Shown here in pieces: positions 1 to 10,000 of a stretch of DNA of 39,539 bases. The stretch lies in assembly GCA_039800285.1 (NCBI GenBank), contig JBDLRA010000035.1, forward strand, positions 1 through 39,539, in the 5' to 3' direction. Positions within the stretch are counted from its first letter, which is position 1; each line of letters opens with the position of its first letter. The notes below the pieces were generated by a model. It did not search any database, was not told the origin of the DNA, and worked only from the letters and a program-made list of their open reading frames with translations. Source of the DNA: Pseudomonadota bacterium. Lineage in GTDB: Bacteria > Pseudomonadota > Gammaproteobacteria > Burkholderiales > Burkholderiaceae_A. The position numbers and the translations under genes were made by a program.

Positions 1-74
1 GCGTCAAGGATCTGCCGCTCGAGATGGAGAAGCGGGCTTCCCCCGTCTGCGGCATTAAGGATTCGAGGCACCAT
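1..74 (-). CDS. gshA: Glutamate--cysteine ligase (Betaproteobacterial GshA type), 5' fragment running off the window edge
   Basis: Reverse strand from ATG at 74 reads MVPRILNAADGGSPLLHLERQILD, resembling the MVP..L...GPLL.LER.IL N-terminus of Burkholderiales GshA. The position just downstream of amtB fits recalled synteny. Only 24 codons are visible. Confidence 0.7.
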   Translation of the reverse strand, partial: MVPRILNAADGGSPLLHLERQILD

Positions 75-82
75 AACTGGGC

Positions 83-88
83 ATTGTA
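83..88 (-). promoter_or_regulatory. Putative sigma70 -10 box (TACAAT) 8 nt before the gshA ATG
   Basis: Minus strand reads TACAAT-gcccagtt-ATG with no SD in between. Confidence 0.5.
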
Positions 89-116
89 TCCAAGCCCGGC
101 GACCTGCAGATGACAG

Positions 117-146
117 AAAAAATGCCCGTCAGCGAACTGACGGGCA
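117..146 (-). terminator. Rho-independent terminator of the porin-glnK-amtB operon
   Basis: Perfect 10-bp stem TGCCCGTCAG/CTGACGGGCA (123-146) with a UUCG loop on the minus strand, followed by TTTTTT (117-122). Confidence 0.9.
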
Positions 147-211
147 CCAAGACTTACTGATAAGGAGAAAACCAACAACCAACTGCTAGGGAGACAACCA
201 CTTCAGAGACA
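117..211 (-). ncRNA. Candidate amtB 3'UTR-derived sRNA with two anti-SD motifs
   Basis: About 95 nt from the amtB stop to the terminator end. Contains TGGTTGTCTCCCTA (187-200) and TGGTTTTCTCCTTA (161-174), 12/14 identical, each complementary to AGGAGA/GGGAGA ribosome-binding sites. Confidence 0.4.
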
Positions 212-1666
212 TCACAGGTAGTAGGCCTTTTCACCGTGGGAGCTGACATCCAGCCCTTCACGCTCAGCCTCTTCCGAGACCCGCAGGCCAATGACCAACT
301 TGACGATGAACAGGGCAATCACAGAGACCACCGCCGAGAGAATGATGGTGGTGATCACGGCCTCTGCCTGGATCAGCACCTGGCCACCAATCGAGTACTC
401 CTCACCGACTTTGTTGGCGACATAGTCATAGATGCCCGTACCGCCCAGTGAGGGCGCTGCGAAGACACCGGTCAGGATCGCACCAATAATTCCGCAGACG
501 CCGTGGACACCGAACACGTCGAGCGAGTCATCTGCTTTCAAGAGCCGCTTGAGACCCGTCACACCCCAGAGTCCGCCAAAGCCTGCAGCAACCCCGATCA
601 CCAGGGCACCCACAAGTCCGACAAAGCCTGCTGCGGGTGTAATGGCAACCAGACCTGCAACAGCGCCTGATGCAGCACCGAGCATGGAGGGTTTGTCACG
701 GAAGATCGACTCACCGATGGTCCAGGCAACAACGGCTGCTGCTGTCGCAAACAAGGTGTTGGTCACAGCGAGTGCTGCGGTCCCTGTGGCCTCAAGGTTC
801 GATCCTGCGTTAAAGCCAAACCAGCCCACCCAGAGCATGGCCGCACCGACCATGGTCAGTGTCAGGTTGTGCGGGGGCATCGGCTCTTTCCCGTAGCCGG
901 TACGCTTGCCCAGCATGTAGGCGGCAACAAGACCTGCAATACCGGCGTTGATGTGAACGACGGTGCCACCTGCAAAGTCGAGTGCGCCTTTGGCCCAGAG
1001 TGCGCCAGCAGCAGCAACGACCGCTTCAAGAGACTTGGCATCGGTAATCGCATCCGGACCATCCCAGTACCAGACCATATGTGCGGTTGGAATGTAGGCG
1101 AATGTGAACCAGATGACCAGGAATGCGAGCACGGCGGAGAACTTCATACGCTCTGCCACGGAACCTACGATCAGCGCGCAGGTGATTGCAGCAAACGTTC
1201 CCTGGAAGGCAACGAACATGAGCTCAGGAATCACAACCCCTTTGCTGAAGGTTGCTGCAATAGAGTCCCCGGTAATGCCGGATAAGAAGAGCTTGTCGAA
1301 CCCGCCAAAGTAAGGACTGCCACCGGTAAACGCCAGTGAGTAGCCATAAATCGCCCAGAGCACAAAAATCAGGGATGCGCCGACCATCACCTGCATCAGG
1401 ACGGACAGCATATTTTTGGCTCGTACGAGTCCGCCGTAAAACAGGGCGAGACCCGGGACGATCATGGAGAGCACCAACACGGTAGACAACATCATGTAGG
1501 CGGTATCCCCTTTGTTGGGAACCGGGGGTGGCGGGGGCGCAGCAGCGGCAGCGGCTGCAGCTGCTGCGGGAGCATCAGCAGCGAAGGCTGCTGTCGCTAG
1601 ACCGAGTGTGCCAGCCGCAACAAGTGCGGTCTTGGCAACTGTGGAGAGTGAAGAAAAATTTTTCAT
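212..1666 (-). CDS. amtB: Ammonium transporter AmtB
   Basis: Motifs GLALFYGG, FQGTFA, AHMVW, DFAGGTVVH, GWFGFNAGS, DDSLDVFGVHG (twin His, Phe gate). Signal peptide plus Ala/Pro linker. ATG at 1666 has a GAGG SD; the ORF extends to 1681. Confidence 0.97.
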   Translation of the reverse strand: MKNFSSLSTVAKTALVAAGTLGLATAAFAADAPAAAAAAAAAAPPPPPVPNKGDTAYMMLSTVLVLSMIVPGLALFYGGLVRAKNMLSVLMQVMVGASLIFVLWAIYGYSLAFTGGSPYFGGFDKLFLSGITGDSIAATFSKGVVIPELMFVAFQGTFAAITCALIVGSVAERMKFSAVLAFLVIWFTFAYIPTAHMVWYWDGPDAITDAKSLEAVVAAAGALWAKGALDFAGGTVVHINAGIAGLVAAYMLGKRTGYGKEPMPPHNLTLTMVGAAMLWVGWFGFNAGSNLEATGTAALAVTNTLFATAAAVVAWTIGESIFRDKPSMLGAASGAVAGLVAITPAAGFVGLVGALVIGVAAGFGGLWGVTGLKRLLKADDSLDVFGVHGVCGIIGAILTGVFAAPSLGGTGIYDYVANKVGEEYSIGGQVLIQAEAVITTIILSAVVSVIALFIVKLVIGLRVSEEAEREGLDVSSHGEKAYYL

Positions 1667-1696
1667 GAGAGCCTCGTTCAAAAATGAATCAACAGA

Positions 1697-2826
<1,130 letters not shown>

Positions 2827-2882
2827 AGGAGGGCTCCGAGTAGTTAGTCATGGAAACAGCAATGGGTTTCCACCAGCATCTA

Positions 2883-2899
2883 AGCGAAAGCCGTGCCAG
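2883..2899 (-). promoter_or_regulatory. Sigma54 (-24/-12) promoter of porin-glnK-amtB
   Basis: Minus strand CTGGCACGGCTTTCGCT: GG-N10-GC with a TGGCACG core, about 55 nt upstream of the start codon. Confidence 0.85.
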
Positions 2900-2969
2900 G
2901 CTTAAAAACGTCGTTCTCCCCCCTGTTTGCAGGAGAAAGACGGGCGATATCGCTAGAAATCTGAGCATA

Positions 2970-3007
2970 TGCACAGGATGAGTGCCTTGATGCACCAGAA
3001 ATGGGCG
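2970..3007. promoter_or_regulatory. Tandem NtrC enhancer sites
   Basis: TGCACAGGATGAGTGCC (2970-2986) and TGCACCAGAAATGGGCG (2991-3007) match TGCAC-N7-GTGCA. They start 21 bp apart and lie 70-110 bp upstream of the sigma54 promoter. Confidence 0.75.
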
Positions 3008-3036
3008 TTTCCAGAAGCGATGCCCCGTGCTAAATT
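3008..3036 (+). promoter_or_regulatory. Putative sigma70 promoter of ubiK (probably leaderless)
   Basis: TTTCCA (3008-3013), 17-nt spacer ending in TGC, then TAAATT (3031-3036), i.e. an extended -10; 6 nt before the ATG. Confidence 0.6.
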
Positions 3037-3042
3037 AATTTC

Positions 3043-3330
3043 ATGAAAAAGCCTCCTTTCCCTCCCTTCCCGCCGATGCCGAAGGCCTTTGCTGATCTTC
3101 AGCAACGCGTTTCTGATCTCGTTGCCGCCTCACCAGCAGCAGATGTGGAAAAGCATATGAAGGCTGCCCTGTCGTCCGCGCTCACCCGCATGGATGTGGT
3201 GACCCGGGAAGACTTCGAGATCCAGCAGCAGATGCTTGCTCGCTCACTAGAGAAGCTTGCGGTTTTGGAAAAGCGGGTCGCTGAGCTTGAACAGGGCAGC
3301 ACCAATCCCGAGACCACGAATCCGTTGTAA
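3043..3330 (+). CDS. ubiK: Ubiquinone biosynthesis accessory factor UbiK (YqiC/BMFP family)
   Basis: SPAADVEK..KA and MDVVTREDFEIQQQML..LEKRVAELE coiled coil. Conserved position between glnK and comM. Confidence 0.9.
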   Translation: MKKPPFPPFPPMPKAFADLQQRVSDLVAASPAADVEKHMKAALSSALTRMDVVTREDFEIQQQMLARSLEKLAVLEKRVAELEQGSTNPETTNPL

Positions 3331-3391
3331 TCCTTGACTCAGCCGCTCGGCTGATTTCCGTGATCGAGGCGAGACGAAAGAATCGTCTCGC

Positions 3392-4972
3392 ATGTCGTTC
3401 TCAGTTATTTATTCCCGGGCCATGATGGGCCTAGTGACGCTCCCTGTGCGCGTTGAGACAGATCTTGCTGCGGGTCTTCCTGCATTCTCGATTGTGGGAC
3501 TTCCCGATGCGGCCGTTCGTGAAGCCAGGGATCGTGTTCGGGCCGCAATTCACAACTCTGGGTTCGAGTTTCCGCAGCGTCGCATCACCGTGAATCTTGC
3601 CCCGGCGGATCTTCCTAAAGAATCGGGGCGATTCGATCTGCCGATTGCATTAGGGATTCTGGCGGCCAGTGACCAGATTCCGCGACAGAAACTGGCGCAA
3701 TGGGAGTTTGTCGGAGAGCTCTCTTTATCAGGGGCCTTGCTGCCTGTTCGAGGGGCGTTTGCCCTGGTCATGGGCTCTGGCGAGACGGGGAGCTCGAGGC
3801 GCTTGATGCTGCCCATGACCAATCAAGAAGAGGCCAGTTTGACCCAACAGGAGCAGCTTGGATTCGCGCACGATCTGCGCCAGGTAGCGGACTTTTTGTC
3901 AGGCCGCCAACCCATCGGGTCTCCTCAGCTGGTCGATGCATCCGCGCTGGGGAAACCGTCCGCAGCCGAGTGGTCTGCGATTAAAGGCCAGCACCAGGCG
4001 AAGCGAGCGGCGGTGATTGCAATCGCCGGTCGACACAACTTATTAATGTTTGGGCCACCAGGGGTTGGCAAATCGTTCATTGCGAGCAAGATGGCAAGAC
4101 TTCTTCCCTTGCTCTCATGTGATCAGGCGAGATCGCTTGCCCGTATCGTGAGCCTGACGGATGCCATTACGCCAGCACAGTGGCGCTGTCCGCCGTTTCG
4201 TAGCCCGCATCACACAACACCCGCGCGAGCATTGATTGGCGGGGGGCAGCCTCTGAGAGCGGGCGAGGTCTCTCTCGCCCATCATGGAATCTTATTTCTT
4301 GATGAACTCCCGGAGTTCTCTCGAGATGCGTTGGAGTCATTACGAGAGCCCCTTGAGACACAAGAAGTTCACATTGTTCGTGTGAAAGAAAAAATGCGAC
4401 TACCGGCAGACTTTATGTTGGTGGCAGCAATGAATCCCTGTCCCTGTGGTAACTATGGCGTGCTTCGCGCAGCCAGACCTTGTCGATGCACAACCGATCG
4501 CATCCTGCGATATCGCGCAAAAATCTCAAGCCCGCTGCTCGATCGATTTGATCTGGTCGTCGGACTTGAGGTGCCTGCGCAGCAAGATTTTCTCAGTCAG
4601 ACAACGTCGCATCAGTCGGTTGGGGTTGACGACGATATTTTTCGGCAGATTGAAATGGCTCGCGAGATTCAGATGACCCGTCAAGGAAAGCTCAACAGTC
4701 GCTGCTCTGGGGTCGAGATCGAGCGGTTCGCCCAGTGTGAGTCACTGGCGGTATCGATGCTGACAGCCGCCGCAAAACGGTATGGATGGAGCCTGCGATC
4801 ATGGCATCGCATCCATCGCGTTGCACGAACGATCGCTGACCTCGATGGGTCACCGACTGTCTTGGCCGCACATGTCAGCGAGGCGATTGCGTTGCGGCGG
4901 GCGCTGGAGTTGGAGAACGCCACAGCCAGAACCAACTCGCTGCAATGGTCTGAGCAACCAGCCAGAGGATAA
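3392..4972 (+). CDS. comM: YifB/ComM Mg-chelatase-like AAA+ ATPase
   Basis: IVGLPD..VREARDRV, RITVNLAPADLPK, Walker A GPPGVGKS, GEVSLAHHGILFLDE, AAMNPCPCG, VARTIADL. Confidence 0.93.
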   Translation: MSFSVIYSRAMMGLVTLPVRVETDLAAGLPAFSIVGLPDAAVREARDRVRAAIHNSGFEFPQRRITVNLAPADLPKESGRFDLPIALGILAASDQIPRQKLAQWEFVGELSLSGALLPVRGAFALVMGSGETGSSRRLMLPMTNQEEASLTQQEQLGFAHDLRQVADFLSGRQPIGSPQLVDASALGKPSAAEWSAIKGQHQAKRAAVIAIAGRHNLLMFGPPGVGKSFIASKMARLLPLLSCDQARSLARIVSLTDAITPAQWRCPPFRSPHHTTPARALIGGGQPLRAGEVSLAHHGILFLDELPEFSRDALESLREPLETQEVHIVRVKEKMRLPADFMLVAAMNPCPCGNYGVLRAARPCRCTTDRILRYRAKISSPLLDRFDLVVGLEVPAQQDFLSQTTSHQSVGVDDDIFRQIEMAREIQMTRQGKLNSRCSGVEIERFAQCESLAVSMLTAAAKRYGWSLRSWHRIHRVARTIADLDGSPTVLAAHVSEAIALRRALELENATARTNSLQWSEQPARG

Positions 4973-6128
4973 AGCTTGCCCGTAGGGCATCTGCAGGATC
5001 CGCGCCATGACGCGCAAAGAAATCAACGCAAATCCCGAGCCCCCACTGCAGCCCAAATGCACCAACGAAGACAATAAAGTTAATCGCTGTACTGGCACGC
5101 GCTGCAAGCTGAATGGGAAAGGTCAGACTTGCCTTCGCGTAACTCACGCCCGAGATCGATGAGGCAACCATCATCAGAGACCAGCCCAATACCGCTTGAT
5201 TCCAGATATCGAAGACGGCGGCGGTACTGGTGGCCAGCATGACGAGAAATCCAACGCCAAGCACCTGATCAAGCGACCAGCCCCATCGCTGAAAACGGGC
5301 GCCCAGCGCACTCATGCCAAGGTGTGATCCGATCACGACAACACCCAGAATCAGAAGACTGGTTGCGGTCTGTGCCATTGTCTGACCATCCACAATTCGG
5401 AACCAAGGCCCAAGCCAAAGCCCTTGAATTGCCAGAAAACCCCCGTGGGTAAAAATCGCAAAAGGAATGAGCCGTTGAATTTCGCGATGGCGAAAAACAG
5501 TTTTCGCGCCCTGCCAGGTATCTGTCCAGAATCCGGGTTGTGCATGGCTTGGCCGTGGCATGGTAGGCAGGAGCCAGAGTAAGGCAACGATGGCAAACCC
5601 AAAGCTGATCGCGGTAATGACGAAGATGCCCCGCCAGCCCACGATGGGCAGCATCAGGGCAACAGGGACGGTGGCGAGTAAGGCGCCAACCGAGCCCACC
5701 ATGAGCATGAGCGAGGCAAGACTCGACTGACGCTCTGGGGCAAAGCAGAGCCGATAGGCTTTGTAGGCCGCCATCAAGCAGGCTGAGACACCAAGACCAA
5801 TCATCGCGCGGCCAATCCAGAGTAACAAGAAACTATCTGCTACCGCGCTGACCAGACAGCCAATCACTGCGATCAGCAGCAACACGATCTCAACGGAGCC
5901 AGGATCTCGTCGATCCAGGAGCGCCCCGAGCGGAATCTGCATGATGGCAAACGTGAGAAAGTAAGCCGCAGATAACAGCCCAAGTTCCGAAGCCGTCAAC
6001 GCGAGCTCCTGGGTCAGCGGATCCGACAATACGGCATTGACGGACCGCATCAGATAGGAGAGCAGATACGCGAGTGCAAAAGGGAGAAACACCTTTGCCA
6101 TCGAGTAAGACGCGGGACTGGAGTTCAC
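4875..6128 (-). CDS. MFS transporter
   Basis: About 12 hydrophobic segments, motif A-like G.LLDR, GWRGIF. Start is GTG 6128 or ATG 6101. Confidence 0.88.
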   Translation of the reverse strand: MNSSPASYSMAKVFLPFALAYLLSYLMRSVNAVLSDPLTQELALTASELGLLSAAYFLTFAIMQIPLGALLDRRDPGSVEIVLLLIAVIGCLVSAVADSFLLLWIGRAMIGLGVSACLMAAYKAYRLCFAPERQSSLASLMLMVGSVGALLATVPVALMLPIVGWRGIFVITAISFGFAIVALLWLLPTMPRPSHAQPGFWTDTWQGAKTVFRHREIQRLIPFAIFTHGGFLAIQGLWLGPWFRIVDGQTMAQTATSLLILGVVVIGSHLGMSALGARFQRWGWSLDQVLGVGFLVMLATSTAAVFDIWNQAVLGWSLMMVASSISGVSYAKASLTFPIQLAARASTAINFIVFVGAFGLQWGLGICVDFFARHGADPADALRASFILWLVAQTIAASWFWLWRSPTPAPAATQSPR

Positions 6129-6154
6129 GGAGACGCGGTGTCGATCAGGGAGAA

Positions 6155-6724
6155 TCAGTCAGGAAACTTTAACGAGTCAATGAACTGACGAGCGGTTTCC
6201 TCGGACAATTCTGCGGCGGGCCCCACAGCAACAATTTCGATCACCTGTGGTGCCGTTCCTTGGCGTACAAGACTTTTCATCCAGATCTTTGCGGCGACTG
6301 CAGGCGCGGCCGCGTCAGTCTTCATGAGTCCCTCGGCACTCACCTCGATAACAGACTGAGACGCAATAGAAACCGTCTTGCGTTGCACTGTTGCTGCCCG
6401 CGCCTGGATGTTATTGAGCATCGCCATCTCTAAGGCCTGTCGAACTGACTCATCTCCTGACGGTACCCAGCCGACGGCAAACATGGTCTCTCCGATTCGG
6501 CTGGACCTGAGGGTCAATCGAACCGACGCCGTTTGATTCGGCAGCCTGATGGTTCGTGATACTTCAACAGGTTTTTCTGGAAATATAGCGATCCATCGAC
6601 CTTCGTCACTGCGAACCTCTCGCCAGTCATAGGTGGGGCTGCAGCCTGCGATAACGCCAAGGCTTACACATGCCATTAGCAGTCGCAGCGCTGAAACCCG
6701 AATTAAAATAACGAGTCGATTCAT
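6155..6724 (-). CDS. Conserved hypothetical lipoprotein
   Basis: Lipobox IAG-C followed by SPTYDWRE; C-terminal QFIDSLK. TACACT -10 box 7 nt upstream of ATG 6724. Confidence 0.75.
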   Translation of the reverse strand: MNRLVILIRVSALRLLMACVSLGVIAGCSPTYDWREVRSDEGRWIAIFPEKPVEVSRTIRLPNQTASVRLTLRSSRIGETMFAVGWVPSGDESVRQALEMAMLNNIQARAATVQRKTVSIASQSVIEVSAEGLMKTDAAAPAVAAKIWMKSLVRQGTAPQVIEIVAVGPAAELSEETARQFIDSLKFPD

Positions 6725-6739
6725 AAGGAGCAGTGTAAC

Positions 6740-7072
6740 GTGATCATCGAGTTCAAAAGCAAAGCGGCCGGCGCCTTTTTCATGACGGAGCCGGTTGCGC
6801 GAATGGTCTTATCGGCTGCTGGGCTTGACTATGCGGAAAAGGGAATTGTTACTGCAGAGCGTGTGCCTGTGGTTCGGCAGACGTTAGCGGATGCAGTGGC
6901 CCGTTCAAAGCAACAAGATCAGGATCGACGCACGGCACATGACGAGGCTGTTCGCGAAGGAGAGGCAAGTACGCGCGAAACACCCGTTGGGTTGTCGCAG
7001 CGTGCCCACCCTTTTCTCGAGATGCTGACAGCCGCGGAGCGTCAGCAGGTCGCGGTGGTCTGGGGGGTCTAG
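6740..7072 (+). CDS. DUF1840-family protein
   Basis: FKSKAA, KGIVTAE, V.L.QRA.PFLEML, C-terminal VVWGV. GTG start with AAGGAG SD (6725-6730). Confidence 0.85.
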   Translation: MIIEFKSKAAGAFFMTEPVARMVLSAAGLDYAEKGIVTAERVPVVRQTLADAVARSKQQDQDRRTAHDEAVREGEASTRETPVGLSQRAHPFLEMLTAAERQQVAVVWGV

Positions 7073-7078
7073 CCCGGC

Positions 7079-10000
7079 TTAGTCTAGGAGTGGCGCGAGC
7101 CGTCGCTCTGCCTCTGCCTCGGATATGTCGGCACGCGCGGCATAGTCTGCGACCTGGTCTTGTCCGATAGGGCCGAGATTGAAGTAACCCGATGCGGGAT
7201 GCCAGAAATAGAAGCCGCTTACCGCAGACGCCGGTGTCATCGCGAGATTTTCGGTCAGATGCATCCCGATTTCTTCAGCATTGAGTAAATCAAACATGGC
7301 GCGCTTTACCGTGTGATCGGGGCAGGATGGGTAGCCGGGTGCTGGTCGAATCCCTTGGTATTTTTCAGCGATCAGATCCTCGTTCGGAAGCGACTCATTC
7401 GCGGCGTAGCCCCAGAACTCTGTTCGAATGCGTTGATGGAGACGCTCTGCAAAAGATTCGGCAAGACGATCAGCGAGCGCCTTTACAAGAATCGCGTTGT
7501 AGTCATCCCCTTTGTCTTCATACTGCTTGGCGAGCGCATCCGCACCATCGATACAGACTGCAAAACAGCCGAGGTAGTCTGGTACTCCAGTATCAAGCGG
7601 TGCGACAAAGTCCGCCAGGCTCTTATTGGTTTCACCAGTCGGTTTTTGCGTCTGTTGGCGAAGACCAATCCAGGTTAAGAGGGGATGACGGGTGTCGTCT
7701 GCCTGATAGAGCGTGATGTCCTCTGGCGCTGTTCGCTGGGCCCGATAAAGACCAAAAACACCCTGTGCAGTAAGCTTTCGCTGCGTGACCAGCTGCGCGA
7801 GCATGGCCTTTCCATCGGCATAGACTTGGCGTGCCTGAGCGCCAACAATCTCATCGTCAAGAATTGCGGGATAAGGGCCTGCCAAGTCCCAGGTCTGAAA
7901 GAATGGCGTCCAGTCGATGGTGTCAACCAGCTCCTTCAGGTCATAGGACTTCAAGACGCGACGTCCCATTACTTTTGGCTTGGGGGGCGTTGACACAGCA
8001 AAGTCAACCACCGGGGCATTCGCCCGTGCTGCGTTGAGCGACAACATGGGCCGCGCGGTTTTTGCGGCATGGCGCTCACGAAGCTTCTGATAGTCCCGTA
8101 TCAGTTCGCCGAGATAAGCCCCTTTTTGGGCCGCATCACTGGTCAGTGACTGGGCCACAGGAACCGAGCGGCTTGCATCGGGCACCCAGATAACCGGGCC
8201 GGAATAGTTCGGGGCAATCTTGACGGCTGTATGAACACGGGAAGTGGTCGCACCACCGATCAGCAATGGAATTTGTTTGCAGCGGCACCATTCATCTCGT
8301 TCCATCTCTTTGGCGACGTGGGCCATCTCTTCGAGCGATGGTGTAATCAATCCGGATAGACCAATGATGTCTGCGTTGTGATCCTTGGCGGCCTGAAGAA
8401 TCTGCTGCGCAGGCACCATGACCCCAAGGTTGACGACTTCAAAGTTATTACACTGAAGCACTACTGAGACAATATTTTTGCCGATATCGTGAACATCCCC
8501 TTTCACGGTGGCGATGATAATCTTGCCTTTAGCCTGGGTCGTGCCTGAGGCCCGTTGCTCTTCTTCAATAAACGGCACCAGGTGGGCTACGGCTGCCTTC
8601 ATGACCCGTGCGGATTTCACAACCTGTGGCAGGAACATCTTGCCCTGAGCAAATAAGTCCCCCACCACATTCATGCCTGACATCAGCGGGCCTTCGATGA
8701 CCTCAATCGGTCGACCGCCGCGATTGGCAATCGCGGCACGAGCGGCTTCAGTGTCTTCCACAATAAATTCGGTAAGCCCGTGCACCAAGGCGTGTTCGAG
8801 GCGTTTCTCAACGTCGAGTGAGCGCCACTGCAGCTGGGCTTCTTCACGACGCCCCCCTGATTTCAGCTGACCGGCGTAGTCAATCATCCGCTCGGTTGCA
8901 TCGGGACGTCGATTCAAAACGATATCTTCAACCCTTTCACGCAGTTCCGGATCAAGATCTTCATAGACTCCAAGCTGACCCGCATTGACGATTCCCATCG
9001 TCATCCCGGCTTTGACAGCGTGATAGAGAAACACGGTATGGATCGCCTCGCGGGCAGGATCATTGCCACGGAATGAGAAGCTGACGTTTGAGACCCCACC
9101 CGAGATCTTCGCGTAAGGCAGGTTCGCCTTAATCCATTTCGTCGCCTCGATGAAATCAATCGCGTAGGCATTGTGGTCTTCAATGCCGGTGGCAATCGCA
9201 AAAATATTCGGATCAAAAATAATGTCTTCTGCAGGAAAGCCGACGGTCTCTGTGAGAAGCGTATAGGCACGTTGACAGATCTCCTGACGACGGGCGAGGT
9301 TATCGGCCTGACCCCGCTCATCAAAGGCCATCACGATGACTGCTGCGCCATAGCGTCGGCAGAGTCTCGCCTGAGTCAGGAAGGCCTCTTCTCCCTCTTT
9401 CAGAGAAATCGAGTTGACAACTGGCTTACCCTGCACGCATTTCAATCCCGCCTCAATGACCGACCACTTAGAGGAGTCGATCATGATCGGCACACGGGAG
9501 ATGTCAGGCTCGGAGGCGATGAGATTCAGGAAGCGCACCATCGCTGCTTCGGAATCCAGCATGGCCTCGTCCATATTGATATCGATGATCTGGGCGCCGT
9601 TCTCCACCTGTTGACGCGCCACTGCGATGGCCTGCTCGTACTCTCCTGCGAGGACGAGTCTGGCAAATTGCTTAGACCCCGTTACATTGGTCCGCTCACC
9701 GACATTCACAAAAAAGGAGCTGTCATCAATGTTGCAGGCTTCGAGACCAGAGAGCCGAAGCTTTGGGGCAATAGCCGGAATGGCTCTCGGCGAGAAGGAT
9801 TTCACGGCTTCAGCGATCGCAGCGATATGGTCTGGCGTTGTCCCGCAGCAGCCGCCTACGATGTTGACCCAGCCCTGCTCGGCAAACTCCCGAAGAAATC
9901 CAGAGGTCACAGGAGGGGTCTCATCAAATCCAGTGGGGGCCATTGGGTTCGGAAGACCCGCATTGGGATAGATACAGATTGCCGTATCGGCTAGCCGTGA

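Noticed and set aside
1520-1585. Poly-Ala/poly-Pro tract in amtB as a VNTR or phase-variation site
   Set aside because: Mixed codons, in frame; a low-complexity linker after the signal peptide, common in AmtB.
9173-9994. 273-aa ORF antisense to metH, and similar shadows such as 12841-13551, 20377-21126, 30232-30864 and 38537-39382
   Set aside because: They lie opposite well-supported genes and have no recognisable motifs; such shadows are expected in GC-rich coding DNA.
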